From the IMG/VR virus record IMGVR_UViG_3300031673_000114, positions 1 through 45,262 of that record: a stretch of DNA of 45,262 bases. One strand, given 5' to 3'. This DNA comes from a virus. Position 1 is the stretch's first letter; each line of letters begins with the position of its first letter. The translations under genes were made by a program, and so were the position numbers. Positions 7,160-15,743 of the stretch are shown one piece after another. Under the pieces are notes generated by a model. The model was not told the origin of the DNA. It did not search any database and saw nothing but the letters and a program-made list of their open reading frames with translations.

Positions 7160-7186
7160 ATCGGGGAATCGAAAGATTCTCCCGAT
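7160..7186 (+). other. Stable GNRA-capped hairpin closing the amidoligase cassette
   Basis: atcggggaatc-GAAA-gattctcccgat gives 11 bp with one bulge. No U-tract follows, so it is not a canonical terminator. Confidence 0.5.
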
Positions 7187-7225
7187 ATAAAGCGTTCTTA
7201 CTGCTAAAATATTTAAGGAGACATT

Positions 7226-8152
7226 ATGTATGTAGAAACAGTTCAGGACTTTCTGGACACTCAAATCCCTCTCGTGGAACTCGACATCAACGCCAAGATA
7301 ACGATGGGAACAAGCGAGGAGGTAGAATATAGACGGGCTTCTATGGCGGGAGACTGTCCCCGTAAACTGGCATTTTTTAAAATCAATGCACCACGCCCCG
7401 TGATGGCAACACGGGGTTCGGCAGTACTTGCAACGGGTTCGTGGATGCACTGGCTTATTATGGAATGGGCACGACGAGGTTATACCTTAAAGGAGCGCCT
7501 GTTTACAATGGTAACGGAAATCGAGGGCGATTTAAGCCAAAAATGTGTCCTGCCATCGGGATATGAACTTAAATCGGTGCATCCCGATCTTCTTGTTAAT
7601 CATCAACAACTCGGTAGGGGGGTTGGCGAGATTAAAACCCTTTCAAACTATGGCTTTCTTGAAATGGTAAATGGCGAAGTAGAATACCGATATCGCGTAC
7701 AGGCCGCAATCAACATGTATGCCTCCAACTCTTCCCATGTATTCTTTTGGCCATATCGGAAGGAGACCTCTAATATCCGTGAAAGAATCTTCTTCGACGG
7801 CGTTCCAGGGTCGGTTAGTAGCTCTTATTACTCTAAAAACGTATCTTTTCTAAACGACGAGCAAAACGTTGCTATTGATGTGGCTAAAATTATTACCGAT
7901 GTCGATAACCTATATCAGGCCATTGACGAAATTACCACCATAGAACAGGTCTTACACGCTTTCCCGGAAGCCTCTAATCCGTTTATATGTACCAACACAA
8001 GATCAAACTGTCGCAAATGCGGAGGAACGGGACAGGTAATTAAACCAGAACTAAAGTTTCCCTGTTCTTACTGTCCATTTATGAATCTGTGTTGGAGGGT
8101 TTCCGAAATGAAAATTGACGAGGGAAGTCCTCATTATTATGTCTCGCGTTGA
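7226..8152 (+). CDS. Cas4/RecB-family PD-(D/E)XK exonuclease with Fe-S cluster cysteines
   Basis: HPDLLV...GEIKT gives the D...ExK motif and YRVQAAINMY gives QxxxY. The N-terminal Cys (GDCPRKL) plus C-terminal CSYCPFMNLC (C-x2-C-x5-C) match the Cas4/AddB four-Cys arrangement. RBS taaggagacattATG. Confidence 0.75.
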   Translation: MYVETVQDFLDTQIPLVELDINAKITMGTSEEVEYRRASMAGDCPRKLAFFKINAPRPVMATRGSAVLATGSWMHWLIMEWARRGYTLKERLFTMVTEIEGDLSQKCVLPSGYELKSVHPDLLVNHQQLGRGVGEIKTLSNYGFLEMVNGEVEYRYRVQAAINMYASNSSHVFFWPYRKETSNIRERIFFDGVPGSVSSSYYSKNVSFLNDEQNVAIDVAKIITDVDNLYQAIDEITTIEQVLHAFPEASNPFICTNTRSNCRKCGGTGQVIKPELKFPCSYCPFMNLCWRVSEMKIDEGSPHYYVSR

Positions 8153-8342
8153 TATAACATCCAAAGAAATAATCGATATTAGACACCGATATCCCAGCAG
8201 GCGGCGTATTATGCGCTGGAAAGTGGGCCGAGTTGGATTAGATGCTTCTATTGATGGGTTGTCTCGTGCAGCGATCTTGGAGTTTATAGCGTGGCTCGAT
8301 TCAAATGAATACTACTGGTTCATATTAGAATTTAAGGAGTAA
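8139..8342 (+). CDS. Hypothetical protein (67 aa)
   Basis: First ATG in ORF 8115..8342 (8115 is TTG). It overlaps the nuclease gene end by 14 nt. Confidence 0.55.
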   Translation: MSRVDITSKEIIDIRHRYPSRRRIMRWKVGRVGLDASIDGLSRAAILEFIAWLDSNEYYWFILEFKE

Positions 8343-8344
8343 CT

Positions 8345-8704
8345 ATGCCAACTTTTAAACCCGGCGAGCGAATTATCTGTATTGCGGAGGAAGGGAGATT
8401 AGAGAGAAATAGCCGCTATACATATTTATGCATTTCGCCTATCGATCCCGAGAAGATTTTTTTACTGGAATCACCGGATCACCATTATCCTTCTCGCTCC
8501 TTTAAGGGAACCGGTAAGATAGCAGCACCACAGCAATATCTTCTTTTGGGCCGCGATACGTTCAATAATCATGTCTCGCGTGTATTTCTAAATACACAAG
8601 AGTTAAACGAGTCTATGCGACACACCCCCATGTCGGTTTTCAATATCACACAAGTCCCATTTCCCCTCCACGATAAACCAAAGGTACAAGATGAGCCGTT
8701 TTAA
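8345..8704 (+). CDS. Hypothetical small beta-barrel-like protein (FKPGE family)
   Basis: RBS ttaaggagtaactATG, the same 15-mer as at 3800. N-terminus MPTFKPGERIICI. Confidence 0.7.
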   Translation: MPTFKPGERIICIAEEGRLERNSRYTYLCISPIDPEKIFLLESPDHHYPSRSFKGTGKIAAPQQYLLLGRDTFNNHVSRVFLNTQELNESMRHTPMSVFNITQVPFPLHDKPKVQDEPF

Positions 8705-9002
8705 ACCCGGAGATATTGTATATTCGTTGTATGACCGCCAATCCCTTAGGGCATTTAAACACTATACAATTCAACGATGTTTCATACGACATTACGACGA
8801 GATAGTGGAACTCCAAGAGGTATCTGGTTCCTATTCTTCCTACTTGTTTATTAAGGCACATAAACCCCCGTTTGCGTTTATAGTATGCTACTGGTATAAT
8901 AATAATCTGCGGATGTTACCGGCCACAACGATCAAGAAAGCACAGAAACTACTAAAAGATTATCAAGACTTTTCTCCAAAACTAATCCGTATAAAGGTGT
9001 AA
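8691..9002 (+). CDS. Hypothetical small beta-barrel-like protein (FKPGD family)
   Basis: N-terminus MSRFKPGDIVYSL is paralogous to the upstream gene. 14-nt overlap. Confidence 0.7.
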   Translation: MSRFKPGDIVYSLYDRQSLRAFKHYTIQRCFIRHYDEIVELQEVSGSYSSYLFIKAHKPPFAFIVCYWYNNNLRMLPATTIKKAQKLLKDYQDFSPKLIRIKV

Positions 9003-9003
9003 T

Positions 9004-9261
9004 ATGGCAATTTCAAGGGAAAATCCCGAAGAGTTAGAGACTATAATAGCCGCCCATAATGGCCTAAAAACAACCATTGAAGAGAGCGAAGAGCTGGAAC
9101 CGGAAGCCAAACAATTCCTTTATGAACTCGTGAAACAGCAAGAACAAAACTGGCACGATATCATGAATATCGAAATGGCTTCCGTTAATCTAAGGATGCA
9201 AAATACACGGCTTCTGGAAGGGATTTTACGGTTGCTACAACCAAAGTCTGGAAACTCCTAA
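9004..9261 (+). CDS. Hypothetical acidic helical protein (85 aa)
   Basis: ORF track. E-rich sequence with predicted coiled-coil character. Confidence 0.65.
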   Translation: MAISRENPEELETIIAAHNGLKTTIEESEELEPEAKQFLYELVKQQEQNWHDIMNIEMASVNLRMQNTRLLEGILRLLQPKSGNS

Positions 9262-9294
9262 GCCGTTGGTTGGCGGCATTTCTCGTTCCAGACA

Positions 9295-9321
9295 GGGTGG
9301 GGAGGCGAACCCTCCTCACCC
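9295..9321 (+). other. GC-rich hairpin (11 bp, one G-U) after gene 9004-9261
   Basis: gggtggggagg-cgaac-cctcctcaccc. The G-U pair (9300-9316) is only possible in the plus-strand transcript. The U-tract is weak, so this is a terminator or an RNA-stability element. Confidence 0.45.
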
Positions 9322-9349
9322 AAGAATTTAAACCGTTTAAGGAGAATAT

Positions 9350-9436
9350 ATGGAAAGGCAACACAGCTATATCGTGTACTACGAGTCGCCTACGGCGAAA
9401 GAGCAAATAGACATCGAACTAAAACGGGGGGGCTAA
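9350..9436 (+). CDS. Possible 28-aa micro-protein
   Basis: aaggagaatatATG, then MERQHSYIVYYESPTAKEQIDIELKRGG. The stop abuts the next start. Short, so low confidence. Confidence 0.3.
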   Translation: MERQHSYIVYYESPTAKEQIDIELKRGG

Positions 9437-9445
9437 GTGACCGGA

Positions 9446-9715
9446 ATGCAACGACTTGCAACTCAGACTTCGGAAAAATGTAAGATGATCCATGCAATCC
9501 TCTTGGATATAGGGTTTGATGTCGAGTTACTTCAAGCGGTAGATGTTATCACCGAGGCTAACTCGTTGAGGGGCTTGGGATTAGACCTGCCGGTAGCTGT
9601 CTCGAATATTGTGGAAGGAGTGAAACTGTTAGAGGAGCACCTGAATCAAATAAAGGCGGGTGTAGCAACCAACTCTCCGAGATGGTTAAATATTAATCGA
9701 ACAAACGGTAATTAG
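9446..9715 (+). CDS. Hypothetical protein (alternative GTG start 9437)
   Basis: ORF track. ATG 9446 lies downstream of the G-rich stretch. Confidence 0.6.
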   Translation: MQRLATQTSEKCKMIHAILLDIGFDVELLQAVDVITEANSLRGLGLDLPVAVSNIVEGVKLLEEHLNQIKAGVATNSPRWLNINRTNGN

Positions 9716-9784
9716 GAAAAGACTTTGAATAGAGCTTGCCTTAAATCTTACTTCTTTGTTCGGCTGTTTCTCTCGAAACCGCCG

Positions 9785-9819
9785 TCGCAAACTTCGTTTG
9801 CGAGTTACTTCTTTTGTTG
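9785..9819 (+). terminator. Candidate intrinsic terminator between the early and replication blocks
   Basis: Perfect 8-bp stem tcgcaaac-ttc-gtttgcga followed by T-rich gttacttcttttgttg. Confidence 0.5.
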
Positions 9820-9904
9820 TGGAAAAGAACAAAGATATATTACGAACTTTTACGAGTAAGAGTCAAGGGGTATTTTACCCCATCGTATAACCCATTGAAA
9901 GACA

Positions 9905-10351
9905 ATGACTAACAAGGACAAAAAGTTTTCCACATCCATTAAAACGGGCAATTTAAACAGCAAACTTTTGAATCGCGAAGAAATTGAACGAATTTTGAAG
10001 GGTAAAAAACGGATCAATGTTGCTGGTGAAATCCTGCTTTTTCGGACTATTACGGGGCACTACCCACATAAGATTCTCTATCCTAAAATCATAGAGGCAA
10101 TTAAGGGTATCCCGGATGCTGAAAGAATTTTGAAACAGCGTTATATTGAGTGGGTTGCTCGCGGTTATAATCCTCGTTCTGTGCTCTGGATTCCGGGGTT
10201 AGAAAGAGATAAATTACGCAATGAAATTGACCCAACTCAAGAATATCCCGCAAGGGTGTTAATTGAAGCCTTTGGCTATGGCAGTGAAGAATTAAAACAC
10301 TGGAAGGTCTGTCGTACCGAGGGTGAAATCGCATATATGAGGAGAATATAA
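9905..10351 (+). CDS. Hypothetical protein (148 aa), first gene of the replication block
   Basis: ORF track. Preceded by a 190-bp gap containing repeats and hairpins. No P-loop seen. Confidence 0.65.
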   Translation: MTNKDKKFSTSIKTGNLNSKLLNREEIERILKGKKRINVAGEILLFRTITGHYPHKILYPKIIEAIKGIPDAERILKQRYIEWVARGYNPRSVLWIPGLERDKLRNEIDPTQEYPARVLIEAFGYGSEELKHWKVCRTEGEIAYMRRI

Positions 10352-10690
10352 ATGCCGACGAGAAATGATCCCCCCTTTCGACCGGGCGATAAAGTTATTG
10401 GAATCCCATCTCACATGCTCCCTACTTGGGAGGTGGGCCGCGAATACACTATTCGTACTTGCGAGTGGAACGGCACGCAGTGGTTGTGTAGGGTATATGA
10501 ATTTCCTGCATCCAACCAGTGGTTAGCTTGGCGCTTCCAGAAAGTGGGTTCCTCCAAAATCACGCATATATTTATTGGAGCACATTACGGGTTTGTGTTC
10601 TTTGGAAACATTGGCTATCTCGAACAATACAAAGAGCAATATAGCGATCCACAAATTATTGCGATTAAGCTACCGGAGTCGTATGCCTGA
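10352..10690 (+). CDS. Hypothetical small beta-barrel-like protein (FRPGD family)
   Basis: RBS gaggagaatataaATG. N-terminus MPTRNDPPFRPGDKVIGI. Confidence 0.7.
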   Translation: MPTRNDPPFRPGDKVIGIPSHMLPTWEVGREYTIRTCEWNGTQWLCRVYEFPASNQWLAWRFQKVGSSKITHIFIGAHYGFVFFGNIGYLEQYKEQYSDPQIIAIKLPESYA

Positions 10691-12014
10691 GAATTCCGAG
10701 TTACAATACGATATCGAAACCGAACAGGCTGTGCTGGGTGCAATGTTGTTGGATTATACCTCCGTTCCCTCGGCCCTCTCCCTAATTACACCCGACGATT
10801 TCCATCGTAAAATCCATCAATCCCTTATGCGTATAATCCAAATGCTGTATGAAAGGGGAGAGGGTGTAGATGTTATCTCTGTTAGAAATGCGTTGCGTAA
10901 GCAAGATTTACTTGATGCTATTGGGGGCGCAGAGTATCTAAACGAGCTCGTCTCGGAAGTTGTCTCTTCCGCTAACATTCGAGTCCATGCACAAATTTTA
11001 AAGAATTTGGCGCAACGTCGTACTTTGACCGCAACACTTGAAAAAGCCCTCCAGCAAGCCCGTGGCGCGTCCGAAGGAACGGAGGCAATAGTTGACACGA
11101 TCCAACGCACATTCGACGTGCTACGGGGCAACGAGACGGCAAAAAGCACCCTTCACGTTTCGGAGGCTATTGAAAATTTTGACGGTTCACTTGAACGTGT
11201 CGCTTCTGGCGAAATGGGGATAATCCCCACAAAGTTACTGGATGTCGATTTTCATCTTGACGGTGTAGAGGGCGGAGATTTATGTGTGGTGGGTGCTCGT
11301 CCCGGACAGGGTAAAACCGCCTTTATGAATTACCTCGTCCAAACATGGTCAGCGAATATCCCCTGTCTGGCGTTTGAAATTGAAATGTCCGAAAAGGCAT
11401 ATCTACGCAGAGTGCTCTCTTATACCTCTGGAATTAGGTCGCGTCTCATGCGTAAGGGCTTGAGTCATATAGACTTAGAGCAAGTCAGGGATTCTTACCC
11501 AAAGCTTGCGGTACTTAATCAGTACTACAACTTTAACTCCGCTCCTACTATTGGCGAGATATTGGCCATATCGCGTAGTTTTCATCGAGAACAAAAGCGA
11601 CAAGTTATCATATTTGTAGATTATCTGCAATTGGTACGCTCGGCTAAACGGGCGGAAAAACGGTATCTTGAGGTCGGAGAGATAACAAAGAGCTTAAAGT
11701 CGTTAGCGAAAGACCTTGATTCTCCGGTGGTTCTGTTCGCCCAACTTCGTAGATTTACAGATGGACAGGCCAATCGTCGTCCTAATATGGAACTTCTTCG
11801 TGAATCGGGTGATATCGAACAGGATGCTGACGAAATACTTCTGCTTCATAACCCCTCTGCTATGGGAGCAGAAACGTTTGAAGATGGAACGGTTGCAACA
11901 AACAAGATGGATATTTTAATAGAAAAGGCAAGAAACGCAGAACGTGGAATAGCGCGCATATTCTTTGATATGTCCGTGATGCGTATTGCCAATCTCACCA
12001 TTCCTACCAACTAA
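10683..12014 (+). CDS. dnaB: Replicative DNA helicase DnaB
   Basis: N-terminal DnaB signature IETEQAVLGAMLLD, Walker A GARPGQGKTAF, Walker B IIFVDYLQL and SGDIEQDAD. ATG 10683 was chosen because the upstream in-frame extension overlaps gene 10352-10690. Confidence 0.9.
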   Translation: MPENSELQYDIETEQAVLGAMLLDYTSVPSALSLITPDDFHRKIHQSLMRIIQMLYERGEGVDVISVRNALRKQDLLDAIGGAEYLNELVSEVVSSANIRVHAQILKNLAQRRTLTATLEKALQQARGASEGTEAIVDTIQRTFDVLRGNETAKSTLHVSEAIENFDGSLERVASGEMGIIPTKLLDVDFHLDGVEGGDLCVVGARPGQGKTAFMNYLVQTWSANIPCLAFEIEMSEKAYLRRVLSYTSGIRSRLMRKGLSHIDLEQVRDSYPKLAVLNQYYNFNSAPTIGEILAISRSFHREQKRQVIIFVDYLQLVRSAKRAEKRYLEVGEITKSLKSLAKDLDSPVVLFAQLRRFTDGQANRRPNMELLRESGDIEQDADEILLLHNPSAMGAETFEDGTVATNKMDILIEKARNAERGIARIFFDMSVMRIANLTIPTN

Positions 12015-12024
12015 GGAGAACATA

Positions 12025-12294
12025 ATGAAACCCGAAAATTTACAACGTGGCGACTGGATATCTATCGAGTATGGCCTGATACCCACCACCTTTTATGTCT
12101 TGCGTAACGATCCGTCAAATGGGGTCGTGATTTTAGGTAATCCGCGATGGGAATTCGGAGACATAATATCCCCTAAACATACCAACAGGGTATTTGATCC
12201 TTTAGTGTTCTTAGGACATGGTAAGTATAAATGGTATTGGAGACTTCTACCGTGGCGTAATACAACCACTCCCTTTTATAGTCCATTGCCATAG
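12025..12294 (+). CDS. Hypothetical small beta-barrel-like protein
   Basis: RBS ctaaggagaacataATG. N-terminus MKPENLQRGDWISIEY. Confidence 0.65.
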   Translation: MKPENLQRGDWISIEYGLIPTTFYVLRNDPSNGVVILGNPRWEFGDIISPKHTNRVFDPLVFLGHGKYKWYWRLLPWRNTTTPFYSPLP

Positions 12295-12303
12295 GAAACA
12301 TCC

Positions 12304-12507
12304 ATGCACAGAATCATAGCACTTTGGATGGCTGTGGGAGGTTTGACTGATGTCATATGTATATTCTTGCTATTAGCAATCGTGCGTCCCGATTTGATGA
12401 GTAATCCCTATTGGACAGCGTTAGCTGTTATACTCATTGTGGGCGTTTCGGTATTAGTGGCAATTGGAATGGGGTTCTTAATCTTCATACTTATAGACAA
12501 GGAGTGA
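12304..12507 (+). CDS. Small membrane protein (67 aa, 2-3 TM helices)
   Basis: Hydrophobic throughout: IIALWMAVGGL..., WTALAVILIVGVSVLVAIGMGFLIFILI. Confidence 0.65.
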   Translation: MHRIIALWMAVGGLTDVICIFLLLAIVRPDLMSNPYWTALAVILIVGVSVLVAIGMGFLIFILIDKE

Positions 12508-12510
12508 ATT

Positions 12511-12804
12511 ATGGAACTGGAAATTGAGGGTGCTAAACTTAGGGTTGAGTGGTATCATCATCCCCATAAGATGGCGACCGACGATCTACTACCCACTGGA
12601 ACGGGATGTAAGATAATGATTTACCTGCCACAAGAAGGATGGAGACCGGTATTTAAGGGAATAGCCAAACTTCATCCCGGCGATAACTTCGAGAGAAATA
12701 AAGGCAGAAAGATAGCCCTCCAAAGGGCGATTGCGCCATTCCCGCCCGAAATGCGTAAATTGTTCTGGGAGGCATATTTCCGAATGAGAAATGGAAAGTG
12801 GTAA
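12511..12804 (+). CDS. Hypothetical protein (97 aa)
   Basis: RBS caaggagtgaattATG. Contains HPGDNFERNKGRKIALQRA, a motif I recall from small phage proteins of unknown function. Confidence 0.7.
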   Translation: MELEIEGAKLRVEWYHHPHKMATDDLLPTGTGCKIMIYLPQEGWRPVFKGIAKLHPGDNFERNKGRKIALQRAIAPFPPEMRKLFWEAYFRMRNGKW

Positions 12805-13169
12805 TGAACTACTTAACGGTTACACTGCCCGGCATTCCCCCAAGCCAAAAAAATACTTGGGCCATTCGTAAAGGAGGACGAGGTATCTTTCTTTCCGAAA
12901 AGGTACGAACGTTCAGGATTATTATGAAAGAGGCTTGTCAACGACGAGCAATTCCCATTCCCAGGGGGACTCGACTGAAAATAGATTTGTTTATTTCTCA
13001 GAACGACTTTCGACGGCGAGATGGAAGCAACATCCTCCAAACCGTTGAGGATGCCCTGAATTACGCGTTACCCGGCTTTGACGATTCTATGTTGGATGTA
13101 TGGCGTGTGAAACGCGAACGCAATAAGAAATGCTCTCCCTATATTACGGTATCTATTTCTTCCATTTAA
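12804..13169 (+). CDS. rusA: RusA-family Holliday-junction resolvase
   Basis: MNYLTVTLPGIPPSQKN...RRRDGSNILQTVEDAL...DDSMLDVWRV parallels E. coli RusA (PPSNN...RRRDLDNL.KA..DAL...DD..V). TAATG stop/start overlap. Confidence 0.8.
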   Translation: MNYLTVTLPGIPPSQKNTWAIRKGGRGIFLSEKVRTFRIIMKEACQRRAIPIPRGTRLKIDLFISQNDFRRRDGSNILQTVEDALNYALPGFDDSMLDVWRVKRERNKKCSPYITVSISSI

Positions 13170-13185
13170 ATGAAAGGTAAAGAAT

Positions 13186-13602
13186 ATGCCACGCGGATTT
13201 CCAGATGTAGAAAGTGGAAGCAATTTACCCGGTTCATTACTTCCCGTTGCAGAAGAACTGCCAATTGATTTATTAAGATGGCGACAGGCTAAAAATCGCT
13301 TTGCGGGGCGTCCAGTAACCGGAGCGGCTTTAGCAAGATATTACGGCCATAAACATAAGCTCAAACTGTCGGATGTAAGTATCCGTGCTGTCGTTAATTA
13401 CCTGCGACGATTAAGCTATCCAATAGGTTCATGTCAATATGGTTACTTCTATGCCAAGAGCCCAAGGGAATTACTGGAGACACACGATCAGCTCTGGGAT
13501 AGGGAATGCGCAATACGGGCCGCCAGACAGGGCATAGAAAGGGCTATCGAGAACATGCAACCCACATTCGACATTTCCGAACAGCCCGGTATTTCCGAAT
13601 GA
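13186..13602 (+). CDS. Hypothetical protein, possibly winged-helix DNA-binding
   Basis: ORF track with RBS aaaggtaaagaatATG. The functional guess rests only on the IRAVVNYLRRLSYPIGS helix pattern. Confidence 0.55.
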   Translation: MPRGFPDVESGSNLPGSLLPVAEELPIDLLRWRQAKNRFAGRPVTGAALARYYGHKHKLKLSDVSIRAVVNYLRRLSYPIGSCQYGYFYAKSPRELLETHDQLWDRECAIRAARQGIERAIENMQPTFDISEQPGISE

Positions 13603-13931
13603 GTAAACCTATTCGATGTGCAACTTGCGGCAGATTAGTCGGCGTACATTCTGCGTTTGGATTTCATACCAGACAATGGCACGGAAAGTGTCCGGGTTAC
13701 GCGCGTCATCCCATTAAGAGAACAGAAGAAGAGAATATTTATCGACCCTTCTTTTTGGGATATCCCATTATATATTACACAATTACAAAGGTCTATGGAG
13801 ATACCCATATTGTTTCAGAATGGAACGAATATCGGGGAGACGATAAAGATGAGATTAACGTCCTAATCAAAAGGTTTGGTAAAATCTACTGTGCAAAGGA
13901 GGGTAAATGGCACTTGCGTCCCCTAAAGTAA
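13599..13931 (+). CDS. Hypothetical Cys/His-rich protein
   Basis: ATGA overlap with the upstream stop. MSKPIRCATCGRLVG...WHGKCPGY. Confidence 0.6.
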   Translation: MSKPIRCATCGRLVGVHSAFGFHTRQWHGKCPGYARHPIKRTEEENIYRPFFLGYPIIYYTITKVYGDTHIVSEWNEYRGDDKDEINVLIKRFGKIYCAKEGKWHLRPLK

Positions 13932-14212
13932 ATCGCATCATTGTCATCTATGCGGATAATACCGGCTGTTATAATGGTCGGTATATCTCTAAAGACCGAG
14001 TAGATGCAATTCGGAGAATGTTCGAGTTATCCGAAAAGAGATGGGGCGACCTTCATATACCAATCGAAAGAGGGACAATAACAGTCTTTGCAACACATAT
14101 AATTGCTTCGGAGGCCGCAAAACAACATGTATCAATCCACCACGTTAGACGCGATTTGGAGCAGGGCCGTGAGGTTCCGCGACAAGAAGAGATGTTTGAT
14201 ATGCCAAAATGA
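13907..14212 (+). CDS. Hypothetical protein (101 aa)
   Basis: Strong RBS caaaggagggtaaATG. Confidence 0.6.
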   Translation: MALASPKVNRIIVIYADNTGCYNGRYISKDRVDAIRRMFELSEKRWGDLHIPIERGTITVFATHIIASEAAKQHVSIHHVRRDLEQGREVPRQEEMFDMPK

Positions 14213-14498
14213 TGGTGAACATGCACATCATCTGTTTAGTAGGAAAAGATTAAGCACCAGATGGAAATTAGAGAATGGAATCACCCTTTGCGCGATACAT
14301 CATAATTGGGCACACCATAACAAGCCCGACTTCGTGTTGTGGCTCTATGAAAATTTCATGTCACAACGAAAGTATAAAAAATTAAAGGCGATTTCTGGTC
14401 TAATACAGCACGATTCACAAGATTTCATAGAGCAGGAATATAATACACTTTTCACTTACCTTGAACTCGATAGAAAAGAGCCTTATATTGAGATATGA
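14127..14498 (+). CDS. NinG/Rap-like HNH-type endonuclease
   Basis: DAIWSRAVRFRDKKRCLICQ...HAHHLFSRKRLSTRWKLENGITLCAIHHNWAH matches the lambda NinG-type pattern (S..IR.RD..C..C...H....R...R....N...LC..CH). ATG 14127 follows GGAGG. It overlaps the previous ORF by 86 nt. Confidence 0.65.
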   Translation: MYQSTTLDAIWSRAVRFRDKKRCLICQNDGEHAHHLFSRKRLSTRWKLENGITLCAIHHNWAHHNKPDFVLWLYENFMSQRKYKKLKAISGLIQHDSQDFIEQEYNTLFTYLELDRKEPYIEI

Positions 14499-14722
14499 AA
14501 AAATTAGATATCATCGACAACATAGAGTTGCCGCCCAAGCATACGGGCCGCAAGCTCACCCTCCCGTTCGATTCACTGGAAGTCGGTGCGGGTTTTGATG
14601 TACCAGATTCCGGTAATTCACGAACAATTAGACAGCGTGCTTATGCCTATGGAAAGCGACATGGAAAGAGGTTTACAACTCGCGATATAGGTGGTTTCAT
14701 ACGCGTCAAGAGGACGGTATGA
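14495..14722 (+). CDS. Hypothetical protein (75 aa)
   Basis: ATGA overlap with the upstream gene. It abuts the methyltransferase start. Confidence 0.65.
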   Translation: MKKLDIIDNIELPPKHTGRKLTLPFDSLEVGAGFDVPDSGNSRTIRQRAYAYGKRHGKRFTTRDIGGFIRVKRTV

Positions 14723-15523
14723 ATGTTCAGCTACATCGGGGGCAAAGCGCGATTGGCTCCTTGGATTATTTCCCATTTTCCTCTTCACCGAAGCTATGTT
14801 GAGGTTTTCGGTGGAGCGGCATGGGTGCTACTCCAAAAGCCACGTTCTACAATTGAAGTTTACAACGACATAAACGATGAACTTATTAATATGTGGCGCG
14901 TCCTCCAAACAGACGCTCCCAAAATGGCGGAAGAATTATCCCGCATTCCATATAGCCGAACACTCTACTACTCGTGGATTTCGGATTGGAAGAAGGGAAT
15001 TCGTCCCGGAACAGAGTTCAATCGTGCCATCAGATTTGCTTGGATTCAAGCCTGTTCGTTTGGTGGTGGTTTTATGAAGGGATTTGCTGTATCGCGTGAC
15101 CAAGACCATGCGGGTGGTTATCAGCGATGGGTTTCCAGTCTGAACGAGATTCAAGACCGCATGCGTGGAGTGCTTATTGAAAATCTGTCGTTTGAGGTAC
15201 TCATTCCAAAGTACGATACATCAGACGCTCTATTCTATTGCGATCCCCCCTACGATGGAACAGAGAACTATTATAACGGTTTTAATACAGAAAGCCATGC
15301 TAAATTAGCCGAACTTCTGAGTGGTATAAAGGGAAAGTTTGTCCTCTCGTACTTTCAAACACCCATTATAGAAAGTCTTTATCCGCCCACAAGGTTTAGT
15401 TATCATGCCAAATCGCGCAAGATTGGAGTGCATGGTGGAACCGCTAAATCGAATGTTGCAAATCGTCCCACCGGATTAGAGGTTCTGATAACGAATTTTG
15501 AAACTCTGTTTACAAGTAATTAA
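14723..15523 (+). CDS. dam: DNA N6-adenine methyltransferase (Dam/D12 class)
   Basis: N-terminal YIGGKARLAPWI...YVEVFGGAAWV (SAM-binding FxGxG) and catalytic FYCDPPYDG (DPPY). Confidence 0.85.
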   Translation: MFSYIGGKARLAPWIISHFPLHRSYVEVFGGAAWVLLQKPRSTIEVYNDINDELINMWRVLQTDAPKMAEELSRIPYSRTLYYSWISDWKKGIRPGTEFNRAIRFAWIQACSFGGGFMKGFAVSRDQDHAGGYQRWVSSLNEIQDRMRGVLIENLSFEVLIPKYDTSDALFYCDPPYDGTENYYNGFNTESHAKLAELLSGIKGKFVLSYFQTPIIESLYPPTRFSYHAKSRKIGVHGGTAKSNVANRPTGLEVLITNFETLFTSN

Positions 15524-15536
15524 CGAGATTGCAATA

Positions 15537-15743
15537 ATGGAATGCTGGATATGCAACAAAAAGGCTGTTGTTCGATACTCGCCCGATTTAGATATTCGTG
15601 GAGTTGGTGCGTGTAAGCGCCATAAAACCAAGGTATTGGCGGCAATGTATCTTGCAATACACGGAGACGGGAGTTTGCTCAATGAATTACAATTTAAACC
15701 AAAGGACAAACATGCCAGATCAAGAAATAGCAACAAGACTTGA
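15537..15743 (+). CDS. Hypothetical Cys-rich protein (68 aa)
   Basis: First ATG (MECWICNKK...GACKRH) in ORF 15498..15743. Confidence 0.5.
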   Translation: MECWICNKKAVVRYSPDLDIRGVGACKRHKTKVLAAMYLAIHGDGSLLNELQFKPKDKHARSRNSNKT

